Translations under genes and position numbers: made by a program
The notes under the pieces: generated by a model
Database searches by the model: none
The model's input: only the letters and a program-made list of their open reading frames with translations
Told to the model about the DNA's origin: nothing
Assembly (NCBI GenBank): GCA_964589485.1
Contig: CAZPRK010000006.1
Coordinates: 1 to 64,000 of the forward strand
Source of the DNA: an uncultured Methanosarcinales archaeon
Lineage (GTDB): Archaea; Nanobdellota; Nanobdellia; Woesearchaeales; CAYSVS01
DNA length: 64,000 nt
Direction of reading: 5' to 3'
Part shown: positions 28,253 through 38,821 of the stretch, piece after piece
Position numbering within the stretch: the first letter of the stretch is position 1
Layout of the letters: every line of letters starts with the position of its first letter

Positions 28253-28669
28253 TTATTTTACCTCTATAGTGAAATCTTTTCTNNNNNNNNNNNNNNNNNN
28301 NNNNNNNNNNNNNNNNNNNNNNNNNNNNNNNNNNNNNNNNNNNNNNNNNNNNNNNNNNNNNNNNNNNNNNNNNNNNNNNNNNCCAAATGTTTTTTCGCTT
28401 TCTAAATCATTTTTAATCCCGAAGAAAAATTCTTTAGTACTTCCTCTTTTCATTTCAACATCATTAACATTTAATGTGATTCTTTTACTTGATGATTTTA
28501 TTTCATCTATAAGTCTGGCTTTCATTTCACCAGCAACGTCATCAAATTGTTCAGTTGCTTGTCCGAACATTGTTTTCATAAAACCTAGACCCAGCCCAAG
28601 CATAGTAATTGCAAGAATTAAAACAACAATAGCATTAATTGATAAGTTTAAACTACCTTTTTTTAACAT
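28253..28669 (-). CDS. Pilin-like paralogue spanning an assembly gap
   Basis: MLKKG plus 33 aa identical to the neighbouring gene; ends RKDFTIEVK; GAGGTG RBS. Confidence 0.72.
   Translation of the reverse strand: MLKKGSLNLSINAIVVLILAITMLGLGLGFMKTMFGQATEQFDDVAGEMKARLIDEIKSSSKRITLNVNDVEMKRGSTKEFFFGIKNDLESEKTFXXXXXXXXXXXXXXXXXXXXXXXXXXXXXXXXXXRKDFTIEVK
28283..28382. other. Assembly gap (100 N)
   Basis: Run of N. Confidence 1.
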
Positions 28670-28729
28670 TATAACACCTCTTTTTAAACATGAATAAAGA
28701 AATATATATTTACTAATTTATAAACTTTT

Positions 28730-31700
28730 CTATATAGTTGGTTTTTCAGGCATTACTCTAGATTTTGAATTAGATACTTGATTTGCACCGCATAAAACCC
28801 AAGCACCTTGGTAAGGATCTGCATTTACTTTTTGAATTAATGAAGGTTTACTCCATGTTCCATTGTATAACCAAATTTTCTTAACACTATTTTGACAAGC
28901 ATTAACAACAAATTTATTATCGTCTAATATCGAATCTAAAGTTACTAAATTCCAACCGTCACTTAAGTCAGAATGTTTTACAGATGATTGCATATGTAAA
29001 TCAATTGAGCAACCTTCCTTTGCTAAAATCCAAAACCCAAGACCACTATTGATAGTTAGTGGATTCTTTTGCCAAGTTCCATTATAACTCCATACTTTGT
29101 TACATTTTTCAGAAATTTGAATTTGGGTTGGTTGATTTGCTCCGAATAAATTCCATCCTGCTTTTAGGTTTTTAGTTATTACACCAGAAGAATCTAAAGC
29201 TTGAATATCAATATTTTCATTAACACAATCATTGTCTTTATCACATACTGTTAATTTAGCGACATAATTTCCTTCAGAATAAGTATGTATAATTGAAGCT
29301 TCTGAATAGTCTTCAACTCCATCATTATCTATATCCCAGGAATAAGTATAAGGTGAATCACCGCTTGTTATATCGGAAGTAAAAGTAACTTCTAGAGGAG
29401 CTATGCCTGATGTTTTATCTGCGTTAATACTTAACGAAGGTATTAAATTAGTATTAACGATTATGCTTACGTTTTTAGTAACACAATCATTATCTTCATC
29501 ACAAACAGTTAATTTAGCAATATAATCTCCATCTTCTGTGTAAGTGTGAGTTACATCTTCCTCTTGGAAATCTGAATTTCCATCATTATCAATATCCCAT
29601 GAATATGTTAAAGTTCCATCTCCGCTAGATGTTGTAGCATCAAAATTAACTTCTAATGGAGCTTCTCCTGAATTTACATTAGTATCTATATTTAAAGTAG
29701 GTATTAAGTTTGATTCAACTACTATATTTACACTTTTTGAAACACAATCATTATCTTCATCACAAACTCTTAGAGAAGGTATGTAAGACCCAGCTTTAGT
29801 ATAAGTGAAAGTTATATCATCTTGTTGAAAATCTGTATCACTATCGTTATTTATATCCCATGAATATGTAAGAATTCCATCTCCACCAGATGCAGTTGAA
29901 TCAAAAGCTACTTCTAACGGAGCTTCTCCTGAAACTATATTTGAACTTATACTTAAACTTGGAACTAAGTTAGTATTAACAAATACATCTAGACTTTTTG
30001 AAATACATTCATTATCAGCATCACACATTGTTAATTTAGGTCTGAAGAATCCTTCTTCAGTGTAAGTGTGACTAATGTTTTCAGTATTATAATCTTCGAC
30101 GTCATCACCATTAATGTCCCATGAGTATGCTAAATTACCGTCACCTGTGCCTTCACTATCTATATTGATAGTAAATGGAGCTTTACCTAATGTGTTATCT
30201 GATAATAGTTCAAGAGTAGGTATTTTATTACCAGTTACAATTAATTCTATTGTTTTTTCATCACAATCATTATCTGCATCGCATAATCTTAATCTTGCAT
30301 TATAAATTCCACTTTCACTGTATGTATATGTAACTAAATCTTGAGTAAATTCAAGGTCACCATCGTTAGTCATATCCCATTCATAGAATACTGGAGTGTT
30401 TGCTGTAATAACATTTGCACTAAATGAAACTTCTAAAGGTGCATCACCTGTTATTTTATCTGCAACAATTTCAAAATCAATATCTGCTTCATCTTGAACA
30501 AATAATCTTTCAGTATCAGTTACGCATACTTGTGAAGAATCACAAACTTTTAATGCAATCATTGTATCTATAGAAAATCCATATGATAATTCAAATGAAC
30601 TATCTTCGAAGTCAACAAATTCATCTCCATTTAAGTCCCATTCATAAGTATATGGACCATTTCCTCCAGTAACTATTGATTCAAATTTAACATCCGATGG
30701 ATGGAAAATATTGCTATAAGTTAAATTAATTTGAGCTAATAATTCACTTTCATCTATTGCAGTAATATTTATTGTATCATTAACACAATCATTATCTTTA
30801 TCACAAACTGTTAATTTTGCTACATAGTTATTTTTTTCGGTGTATATATGAGTTATGTTTGCATTATTAAAATCTTCTACTCCGTCATTGTCAATGTCCC
30901 ATGAATAAGTTAATGGAAAATTTCCTCCTGTAACTTTTGATTTAAAATTAACTTCTAATGGAATTCTTCCTTGGTCTTTATCTGAACTAATACTTAGAGT
31001 TGGACTAAGATCTTCTTCATTTACTGTTATAGTTATATTTTCAGTAAGACAAGTACTACTATCACATGCAGTTAAAATTGTCATATATTCTCCTGTTTCA
31101 TTAAAAGTATGAGTAATACTATTTTCATTGCTTTCAATATGTCCATCATCATTCATGTCCCATATATATACATAAGGCGGACTTCCTCCTGCAATTATTG
31201 AATTAAAATTAACGGTTAATGGAGAATCTCCTGAATTTTTATCTGTTTCAATAGCAAGTGATAATATATCATCTATGGTAATTGATTTTTGTAAAGTTAT
31301 TGCATTACCTTCTGTTGGGGTTACTGTTACACTAATATCATGTGTTCCAACAGAAAATTCTTGAGTTGGATCTTTACTAGTATTTCCAAAACTCCAATCG
31401 TATGTAAATGGACCACGACCTACACATTCTAAATTAAAGTTAACAGTTTGTTGATTTTGAGTTGTACTTAAATCACAATTAATTTGATCTAATGTTTCAT
31501 TCTTAGTAACAGTTATTTCTATTAAACTAGCATCAACGTCTCCTTCTGAGTCAGTTGCAATAACGATTATTTCATAAAAACCTTCATATAATATTGTATC
31601 AAAACTTTTTTCTGTAAAATCTATAGTATCATCATCATCAAAATACCATTCATATGTTATTTCACCATTTCCTGTATTAGATATTTCATCAAAATGTATA

Positions 31701-33982
31701 TGTAAAGGTTCAATGCCTGAAGTTACATTTGCAAAAATTACCGGGGAAGGGACAGTGTTAGCTTGTGCTATAATTTCTACTATAGAATTTTTACATAGAC
31801 TTTGATCACAAACAGTTAATGTTGAATTAAAATTTCCAGCTTCTGTAAATGTATGTGACGGGTTTTCTATAGTGTAATCTTCCACTCCATCATTATCTAC
31901 ATCCCATGAATAAGTATACGGAGCATTTCCTTCAATTATATTTGATGTGAATTGAACTTCTGAAGGTAAAGGATATAATGTTTGTTTATCTGCAGAAGTT
32001 TCAATGATTAAATCATTGAATACTGAAATGTTTACTTTACTAGTAACTTCAATATCTTTGGCATCTGTAACAGTTAAAGTGACTTCATGTAACCCAAGAG
32101 TAAATGTATGGTTTATTATTTGTGATGAAGCATCTTCTATTCCATCATTATCAAAGTCCCATGAATATGTTAATGGAAGTTTTCCTCCAGTTGTTTGTGC
32201 AATGAACTCAACTTCTAAGTTTGGTTTGCCATTAGTTGAACTGGTTAATATATTTGCTTCAGGTAATGAATAAGATTGTATTGAAAATGTATGTGTTAAA
32301 GTATCTGAGTTATTGAATTCGTCTTTACATGTAATTGGAAGGTTATAAGTTACTCCATCTTGTACGTTAAATTGAGTAAGGTGATTTAATCCGTTAGATG
32401 TAAAAAATACTTTTTCATTTTCAAAAGTATAACTACAATTTGCATTTTCATCAGTTAGTGCTGTAATATTTACAATATCTATTGGAAGTAATTCACCTAT
32501 AGGAGAAGTTATTAGTAATTCAGGTGCGTATATATCTTTATTTCTACTAAATACATTATTTGTTTCATTAGTTTCTTCAATTTCATTATTATTGTCAATA
32601 ATTACAAAAATAGAATCTGTATCATTAATTTTAACATCTTCAAATCTTAATGAATAAGATGAATTAATTAGTGGAATGACAATACTATCTAATAATTCAA
32701 AATTATCATCGAAAACTTCAACACTAACGCTATAAGCTTCTATTCCCATATTTTTAATTTCAATATCTATTCCAGTAAAATCAGAAGTATAATCATCTAA
32801 ACTAATATTATTAATATTTAATTCAGGAAGGGATGGAGCTACAAATTGGTTGTATAAATAAGTGTTTGTAGTGTAATCATCAGTTACTGAGTCTAATACT
32901 GTTTCGTTTTTTAATATTTTAACATAACTTAATACATAAGGTCCAGATAATTTTGAATTATATATTGTTTCTCCATCAATTACGAAATCTATAGCGTTAG
33001 TTCCTAGATTTAAGTTATAACTTTTATCAATATCTTCAATGAAATTCCCATAGGAATCGTGTAAAGCTGATTTGAATTGATATTCTCCTGATTCATTTGT
33101 TTCTATTTCGATTGAAATAGTTAAATTATTGATTTTATCTGAAATGTTTTGAATATCTTCTTGATAATTGTTAGTTAATATTGTTTTCTTTGGATCAAAT
33201 TCTTGTTTTTGGAATTCTCCAAGGAATGAATTTAACTCGTAATTATATGTTACTTCAGATGTTTCTATTGTTACTGAAGATAGATTGATTTTACCTCTTA
33301 AATTATTATCTCTGATTACTTCAGAATCAAAAAGTAATGTGAAATCTTGACTTTGTGAAGTTTGTTGCGTAAAAGCAGAAGTATCATTATCACCTGTTAA
33401 ATATCCAAATATTGTAACTTCTTCGTTGATAGTTGAGTCTAAATTTATGTGAGCAGCTAGGTAGTCTAACCTTGAATCTGATTCATTGTTTATAGCTTCG
33501 CTTGTAATACCTGTAATTTTTATTTCTCTTGGTTCTAATTCATTTATGTCAAACGTAACTAAATGATTTTTATCTTCCCTTAAAACTAATGTTGCATTTT
33601 CAAATATTTTTAATGAAAAATTATATGTATAATTTTCTAATGATTTAGCTTTAAATGGAAAATTAATTGTATTTTGTCCAAGAATTAATTCTTGATTTAA
33701 GGAAATTGATTGTACAACTATATCATTGTAACTGAGTTCTCCTATTAAATCATAAGTTTTTGCATCTGAATTTAAATTTACACTTATAATTAAATTATCA
33801 AATAATGAATTTGCATTTGTATCTTCACCAGTTGTAGTATAATCAATTACACTTAATTCTTCAACTGAATAATCGTAGTCGTAAGTTGCAAGTAAATCTT
33901 CAATTGTTACAGCATTTACCGCAGACATAGATACAACTAGTAAAAACAAATACACAATCCAATTTGATTTAATTTTATTCAT
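28730..33982 (-). CDS. 1750-aa secreted surface protein: CARDB-like domain, about 12 PKD repeats, C-terminal GWNL repeats
   Basis: Signal peptide; NEIEETNETNN; repeated G.APLEV.F...YSWDIDNDG...LTVCD.DNDC; LKAGWNL and LSDGWNL. Confidence 0.9.
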   Translation of the reverse strand: MNKIKSNWIVYLFLLVVSMSAVNAVTIEDLLATYDYDYSVEELSVIDYTTTGEDTNANSLFDNLIISVNLNSDAKTYDLIGELSYNDIVVQSISLNQELILGQNTINFPFKAKSLENYTYNFSLKIFENATLVLREDKNHLVTFDINELEPREIKITGITSEAINNESDSRLDYLAAHINLDSTINEEVTIFGYLTGDNDTSAFTQQTSQSQDFTLLFDSEVIRDNNLRGKINLSSVTIETSEVTYNYELNSFLGEFQKQEFDPKKTILTNNYQEDIQNISDKINNLTISIEIETNESGEYQFKSALHDSYGNFIEDIDKSYNLNLGTNAIDFVIDGETIYNSKLSGPYVLSYVKILKNETVLDSVTDDYTTNTYLYNQFVAPSLPELNINNISLDDYTSDFTGIDIEIKNMGIEAYSVSVEVFDDNFELLDSIVIPLINSSYSLRFEDVKINDTDSIFVIIDNNNEIEETNETNNVFSRNKDIYAPELLITSPIGELLPIDIVNITALTDENANCSYTFENEKVFFTSNGLNHLTQFNVQDGVTYNLPITCKDEFNNSDTLTHTFSIQSYSLPEANILTSSTNGKPNLEVEFIAQTTGGKLPLTYSWDFDNDGIEDASSQIINHTFTLGLHEVTLTVTDAKDIEVTSKVNISVFNDLIIETSADKQTLYPLPSEVQFTSNIIEGNAPYTYSWDVDNDGVEDYTIENPSHTFTEAGNFNSTLTVCDQSLCKNSIVEIIAQANTVPSPVIFANVTSGIEPLHIHFDEISNTGNGEITYEWYFDDDDTIDFTEKSFDTILYEGFYEIIVIATDSEGDVDASLIEITVTKNETLDQINCDLSTTQNQQTVNFNLECVGRGPFTYDWSFGNTSKDPTQEFSVGTHDISVTVTPTEGNAITLQKSITIDDILSLAIETDKNSGDSPLTVNFNSIIAGGSPPYVYIWDMNDDGHIESNENSITHTFNETGEYMTILTACDSSTCLTENITITVNEEDLSPTLSISSDKDQGRIPLEVNFKSKVTGGNFPLTYSWDIDNDGVEDFNNANITHIYTEKNNYVAKLTVCDKDNDCVNDTINITAIDESELLAQINLTYSNIFHPSDVKFESIVTGGNGPYTYEWDLNGDEFVDFEDSSFELSYGFSIDTMIALKVCDSSQVCVTDTERLFVQDEADIDFEIVADKITGDAPLEVSFSANVITANTPVFYEWDMTNDGDLEFTQDLVTYTYSESGIYNARLRLCDADNDCDEKTIELIVTGNKIPTLELLSDNTLGKAPFTINIDSEGTGDGNLAYSWDINGDDVEDYNTENISHTYTEEGFFRPKLTMCDADNECISKSLDVFVNTNLVPSLSISSNIVSGEAPLEVAFDSTASGGDGILTYSWDINNDSDTDFQQDDITFTYTKAGSYIPSLRVCDEDNDCVSKSVNIVVESNLIPTLNIDTNVNSGEAPLEVNFDATTSSGDGTLTYSWDIDNDGNSDFQEEDVTHTYTEDGDYIAKLTVCDEDNDCVTKNVSIIVNTNLIPSLSINADKTSGIAPLEVTFTSDITSGDSPYTYSWDIDNDGVEDYSEASIIHTYSEGNYVAKLTVCDKDNDCVNENIDIQALDSSGVITKNLKAGWNLFGANQPTQIQISEKCNKVWSYNGTWQKNPLTINSGLGFWILAKEGCSIDLHMQSSVKHSDLSDGWNLVTLDSILDDNKFVVNACQNSVKKIWLYNGTWSKPSLIQKVNADPYQGAWVLCGANQVSNSKSRVMPEKPTI

Positions 33983-34256
33983 TGTATCTTAAGTAAAGTT
34001 TCCTCGCAATTAAACCTAATAGGAATCCTAATAGGAAGTAGAATATAGCTGAAAAAAAAATTAATAAGAACCCAGGTAAAGTTGAACCTATCATGTTTTG
34101 TATTTGTAACCCTGGTAGTAAAGGTATTAAACCAAATACGAAGCCTAAAAAACCAGCATTAGCAGTATTAAAAATAAATAAATATAATATTGCAATTAAA
34201 ATAATTACTAAACTTCCTCCATATAATCCCCATTTCATATAGTTTTTATCTAACAT
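33975..34256 (-). CDS. Small multi-TM membrane protein
   Basis: ATG 34256 (MLDKNY) with GGAGAGGTG RBS; overlaps both neighbours. Confidence 0.72.
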   Translation of the reverse strand: MLDKNYMKWGLYGGSLVIILIAILYLFIFNTANAGFLGFVFGLIPLLPGLQIQNMIGSTLPGFLLIFFSAIFYFLLGFLLGLIARKLYLRYNE

Positions 34257-37200
34257 ATTGGCACCTCTCCATTTTGTTTTTCTAAATTGAAACATCTTTG
34301 TGTGAATTTAAACTCTTCACCATTTAACTTTCTTGTAATAATATCTTTAGTAACACTTTTATCTACAAAACTTAAAATTGAATGCGCTCCTAATACTCTA
34401 AAATAATGTTTATCATCTGATTGTACATTTTCATAAATTGAATCCATATCGTTTTTAGTAACAATTCCATCACTAGATTCTGATTCCCCTAAATATCCTC
34501 TAATTGCTGCGAATTTATTAATGTTGAAATTACCAGGTTGAGTATCTTGGTCGGAACTCATCCAGTTAAAATAATCTTTAAATAAATTTAAAGAAATTGT
34601 TTCAATAGTATCCGAAAATAAACTTTGAGCGCCTACAATTGAACCTAATAATTTGTTAAATGAAACGTGAGCTAATTGGGCTTCTTCTGCATTACTAATG
34701 GCAGTTTGAGCATAATTAGAAACTAAACTCTTACCCAAACTATCCCCTTCAAATGCTCCAGGAGCTCCAACCGCAACCAAAGTATCTACTGGGTTTGATG
34801 GTAAGCTAACTGAAGTCCAGTCACTTCCGTCCCAATAAAATCCTGCATTCTCAATTCCAACATTGTTCCATTTATCTAATGAACTTAATGCGGTTCTTGC
34901 ACCGTTACTAAACCCAACATATTGAACTTTAGTTTGACCAGTATAAGCTTGAACTCCTGCAATAATTGCAGGCCAATATTTATCAGTAAGGTCATCAAAA
35001 TCATAATTAGGACATTCTTCACATTCAGTTCCAGGGCCACCAGTTATTTCAGCCAACCATACATCTCTTCCAGATGCTGCTAACTCTTCACCATATTCTT
35101 GCCAGTAAGATAAATTATTCCATAATCCTCCTGCTAAAACAACAGGAATTTTACTATATTTTAATGATCCTCCTGAAAGTACATCTATAAATTGATTAAA
35201 TGAAACAGTATGCTGAGGTTCAATATGTTTTAATCTTAATTCTACTAAATCATTAGTTCTTATTAATTCTTGTTTAAAGTTATATCCACCTAATAATCCT
35301 AATTTTACAATGTCTGCAAATTCTTGAGTATTTTTCATATAATGTACTTTATTTTCAGGAACATTGAAGTAATCAAAAGTGCTTAAACCTTTTAGATTTT
35401 CTTTAGCAACATAAATATCTTTATTTGCTTCTAATTCATTATAATTAAATTCTCTTAATGCAGCAACAATTCCTTCAATTGAATTTCCTAAAACATAAAT
35501 TCTAAATTTATCGTTAACAATTGAATTTACTAATCCATTGTATGGTAGGCTTTCTTTTTTATCTTGATATCTAACTACACCTTGTTTTAAACCCCATCCG
35601 AAGTTTAGTAAGTGTATACTTCCGGGGTTTTTTCCAATTGAAATAACATAATCTGCCTTTTCTTCACTGTTAACAAAGTTATATTGTTTTAATTTATTTT
35701 TAACATAATCTTTGAACAAATCATTTAGTATTATTGGCTTAACATCAACATCTAAATATACATTTGCTGCATAGAATTTTTTTCTAATTACATTATTTCT
35801 TTCATTGCTTTCAGGAATAATTTGTTCTGAATCTAAATGTAATAATAATTCTTGATTTTCTTTAATGTCAAATAATGTTGAACTTTTTATAGATTCTCCA
35901 CTTTTAATAAATTTATTTATATTAAAATTAAGTTCATTAACAACTTTATTTCTTTCAAATGCTCTTAATAAAATATTAAAATCTTCTACTGCATTTTCAC
36001 CTTGATTATTCACTGAAAAACTTACATTTACAGACTCACCAATTTTGTTGAAATTAACTTCACTAATTGAAATGTCGGTTAGTTTATTAGTTGGTTTACA
36101 TATATCTTGTATTTCTGGGTTTAGGATAGTTTCTACATTAGTAAACCCATTATTTATTTCATAATAAGTAAATCTAGATGGCAAGCTTTCAATTACACAA
36201 GAACTATCAACTGTTGTAATTTTATATGTATATTTAATATCTTCTTCAATGAAATTATCAGTAAATGAAGTTTCATTTGTTGTTGCAATTAAAATATCAT
36301 TTTTGTAAATATTAAAATGTTGGAAGCTATGGAATTGTGATGCATCCCATTCTAATTCTAACAAACCTTGTGATTTTGATTTTATTTTTAATCCTGTAAC
36401 ATAATTTTGACTTGCTGGGTCTGGATATTGTCCTTCGCAAGGGTCTTCAGGAATTGGATGAGTTGACCCTTCTGTATCTCCTCTATTAAATCTCACAAAT
36501 AGATTTGTTGAAGGTCCTGCTTTACAATCATTATCGATAGGGATAGTTGTATAAGTATGCTCTGAGTTAGTTGCTACATAATGATCTGTTATAGTTCTTC
36601 CGTTGTGTATTGCAAATATTTCAAAATCCTTTAAAAATTTATAATGTTGTACACCTTGTGCTTGATTCCATTCAAGCGTATTAGAACTAAGACCTTGCTG
36701 GTCTAAAATCATATTATTAACTATTAACCTTTCATCATAATATCTTCTTTTAATTTTGTTATTGTTTTCATTTGTTTCTTTTATTTCATTATTTGGATCT
36801 ATTTTAATAAAAAGATCTTGGTTGTTTGTTATATTAAATTCTTTTGAGAGAAAATTAATTGTTATTATTCTGTTTTCATTAGGAAATAAAAGTTCTTCAT
36901 TATTATAAATTGTTTTGTTAATTACATTATTTCCTTCCATTATTTGCAATAAAATGTCGAAATTCTTAATTGCAACTTCTCCATTGTTTTTAACTGTAAA
37001 ATTAACTGCTAAATAATCTTTATAACCGCTTAATTCATCGTCTTTGATGTAAAACTTTCTATCTCCTAATTCTAAATCTAATTGAACATTTTGTGAAAAG
37101 AATCTACTTTTAAATTCTTGGTTTGTTTCATCATTTTCTAAAAGTTTATTTTCAGGATCAATTACGAATTTAACTTCTTGACCTTTTTCAATTGTAATAG

Positions 37201-38746
37201 GGAAATAATGTACTTTACTTTCTCCGATATCTAAAGGAGTATCGTATTTAAATTTTTGATTATTTATTAACATGTCGAAGTTAAAAAGAGTTCCATCTCC
37301 TGTGTTAGTTGTTTTAAAAGTAGTAATTACTTTTTCACCTTCTTTATGAAAACTAATGTCGCTAATTTCTACATCTGGAAGTCTTCTGTTTGAACTAATA
37401 TCAGCTTCTATAATGAAATCAACACTTTTATTTTCATTTGGTAATATAGTTCCAAAACCAAATTGAAAACAATGGGCACTTCTTGTTGATGTATATTTGT
37501 TATAATTAGATGAAAAATTAGTACCATCTTCAATTAGTGTATTTTTAGTACCTTGAAGAGTATTTGTAAGTTCTACACCTATAGGTTCAATATTAGGATA
37601 TATTGCTAAATTAGTATTGGGTTTATCTGTAAAGTTAGTAGAATAAAGTACATTATAATTTTCAGGAAAGTATTCAAGAATATCTGTAGCTCCTTTGTAG
37701 TTTTCATAACTTAATTTTATTTCTTGATCTAAGTCGAAATCATTACAAACATAGAATTTTGCGTTATTTAATGCTACACTTCCATTATTATGAGCTTCAT
37801 ACTTCCATAAAAAATGAGGATATGTTTGATTTGGTATTATTATTTTTTCACTTATTATAATATTTTTGTGGTCAAATGAATCATATATCCCTTCTGCCGT
37901 ATATGGTGTATTTGTATGTTCAGCTGTTTCATATAGAGTTTTTATAGCATTATTAGTATAATACTTATCTACTAAACCTGATTCATCGCTAGATATACCG
38001 AAATAACTAACCTGCCCTTCTCCATTAAAAATATGCTGACGATAAAAATCATCATATTGACTTTGTAAAATTTTTAAATTATGGTTATTTTGATTTTTAT
38101 CTAAATAATTCATTTCAATTTGGACTCTTTCTAAGCTTGAAAAATAAAACCTTGTAAATGCACTAGAATCTGTTTTTTTAATATTATAAAAAGAAGCATT
38201 AATTTTATTTTGTTCATGTTCTCTAATTATTTCTGATCTAAAATCATTAGATGTTTGATGATTTTTTTGTATTGATTTTGTTCTACTATCTACAGTATTT
38301 TCAATATTTTCTTTAGGTTTAAATTCTACAATATCTTCAGAAATAGGTGATTTGAGTTCAGGATTTAAATCTACATTTTTACTTTTTTCTATTACTTCAG
38401 GAACTAAATTAACTTTATTTTTAGCTTTTAATTCTTTTCTTAATCTTTCAGAAATACTCTCTTTTTCACGTTTTAACTTATCTGAAATACTTTCTTTTAC
38501 AATGGGAGTTATTTCTTGTTTAGGAATAACTTCCTTTGGCTTAGTATTGATATTAAGTTGATTATTCACTTTTGGTTTATCAATTAAAGAATCTTCAATG
38601 ATATAAGTTTGATAAAATTTAGGCAAAGAGTTTTGTTTAATTACTAAAACATCATCTTGAGCTGGAATGTAATATACTTCAAACTCTTCAGCAACTGCTG
38701 AAAATGCTAATACTATAATAAATAATAAATATATTAATCTACGCAT
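34250..38746 (-). CDS. Large secreted CARDB/FN3-repeat protein with C-terminal alpha/beta-hydrolase (lipase/esterase) domain
   Basis: Start ATG 38746 (MRRLIYLLF..AVA signal); three CARDB-type ends (IDPEN..ENDETN, IDPNNEIKETNENNN, IPESNERNN); FN3-like LEWD...YTYKI; VGFSNG, SDGIV, GAHS. Confidence 0.85.
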   Translation of the reverse strand: MRRLIYLLFIIVLAFSAVAEEFEVYYIPAQDDVLVIKQNSLPKFYQTYIIEDSLIDKPKVNNQLNINTKPKEVIPKQEITPIVKESISDKLKREKESISERLRKELKAKNKVNLVPEVIEKSKNVDLNPELKSPISEDIVEFKPKENIENTVDSRTKSIQKNHQTSNDFRSEIIREHEQNKINASFYNIKKTDSSAFTRFYFSSLERVQIEMNYLDKNQNNHNLKILQSQYDDFYRQHIFNGEGQVSYFGISSDESGLVDKYYTNNAIKTLYETAEHTNTPYTAEGIYDSFDHKNIIISEKIIIPNQTYPHFLWKYEAHNNGSVALNNAKFYVCNDFDLDQEIKLSYENYKGATDILEYFPENYNVLYSTNFTDKPNTNLAIYPNIEPIGVELTNTLQGTKNTLIEDGTNFSSNYNKYTSTRSAHCFQFGFGTILPNENKSVDFIIEADISSNRRLPDVEISDISFHKEGEKVITTFKTTNTGDGTLFNFDMLINNQKFKYDTPLDIGESKVHYFPITIEKGQEVKFVIDPENKLLENDETNQEFKSRFFSQNVQLDLELGDRKFYIKDDELSGYKDYLAVNFTVKNNGEVAIKNFDILLQIMEGNNVINKTIYNNEELLFPNENRIITINFLSKEFNITNNQDLFIKIDPNNEIKETNENNNKIKRRYYDERLIVNNMILDQQGLSSNTLEWNQAQGVQHYKFLKDFEIFAIHNGRTITDHYVATNSEHTYTTIPIDNDCKAGPSTNLFVRFNRGDTEGSTHPIPEDPCEGQYPDPASQNYVTGLKIKSKSQGLLELEWDASQFHSFQHFNIYKNDILIATTNETSFTDNFIEEDIKYTYKITTVDSSCVIESLPSRFTYYEINNGFTNVETILNPEIQDICKPTNKLTDISISEVNFNKIGESVNVSFSVNNQGENAVEDFNILLRAFERNKVVNELNFNINKFIKSGESIKSSTLFDIKENQELLLHLDSEQIIPESNERNNVIRKKFYAANVYLDVDVKPIILNDLFKDYVKNKLKQYNFVNSEEKADYVISIGKNPGSIHLLNFGWGLKQGVVRYQDKKESLPYNGLVNSIVNDKFRIYVLGNSIEGIVAALREFNYNELEANKDIYVAKENLKGLSTFDYFNVPENKVHYMKNTQEFADIVKLGLLGGYNFKQELIRTNDLVELRLKHIEPQHTVSFNQFIDVLSGGSLKYSKIPVVLAGGLWNNLSYWQEYGEELAASGRDVWLAEITGGPGTECEECPNYDFDDLTDKYWPAIIAGVQAYTGQTKVQYVGFSNGARTALSSLDKWNNVGIENAGFYWDGSDWTSVSLPSNPVDTLVAVGAPGAFEGDSLGKSLVSNYAQTAISNAEEAQLAHVSFNKLLGSIVGAQSLFSDTIETISLNLFKDYFNWMSSDQDTQPGNFNINKFAAIRGYLGESESSDGIVTKNDMDSIYENVQSDDKHYFRVLGAHSILSFVDKSVTKDIITRKLNGEEFKFTQRCFNLEKQNGEVPIC

Positions 38747-38821
38747 GTAACCCCCACATGTTGGTAAATAACCTTGTTTTATAAAACTTACCCACAATTT
38801 ATGAAAGCAGGTGCCTAAAAA

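Noticed and set aside
26337..28669. Complete diversity-generating retroelement
   Set aside because: No reverse transcriptase or TR/VR pair visible; paralogue differences are synonymous and not adenine-specific
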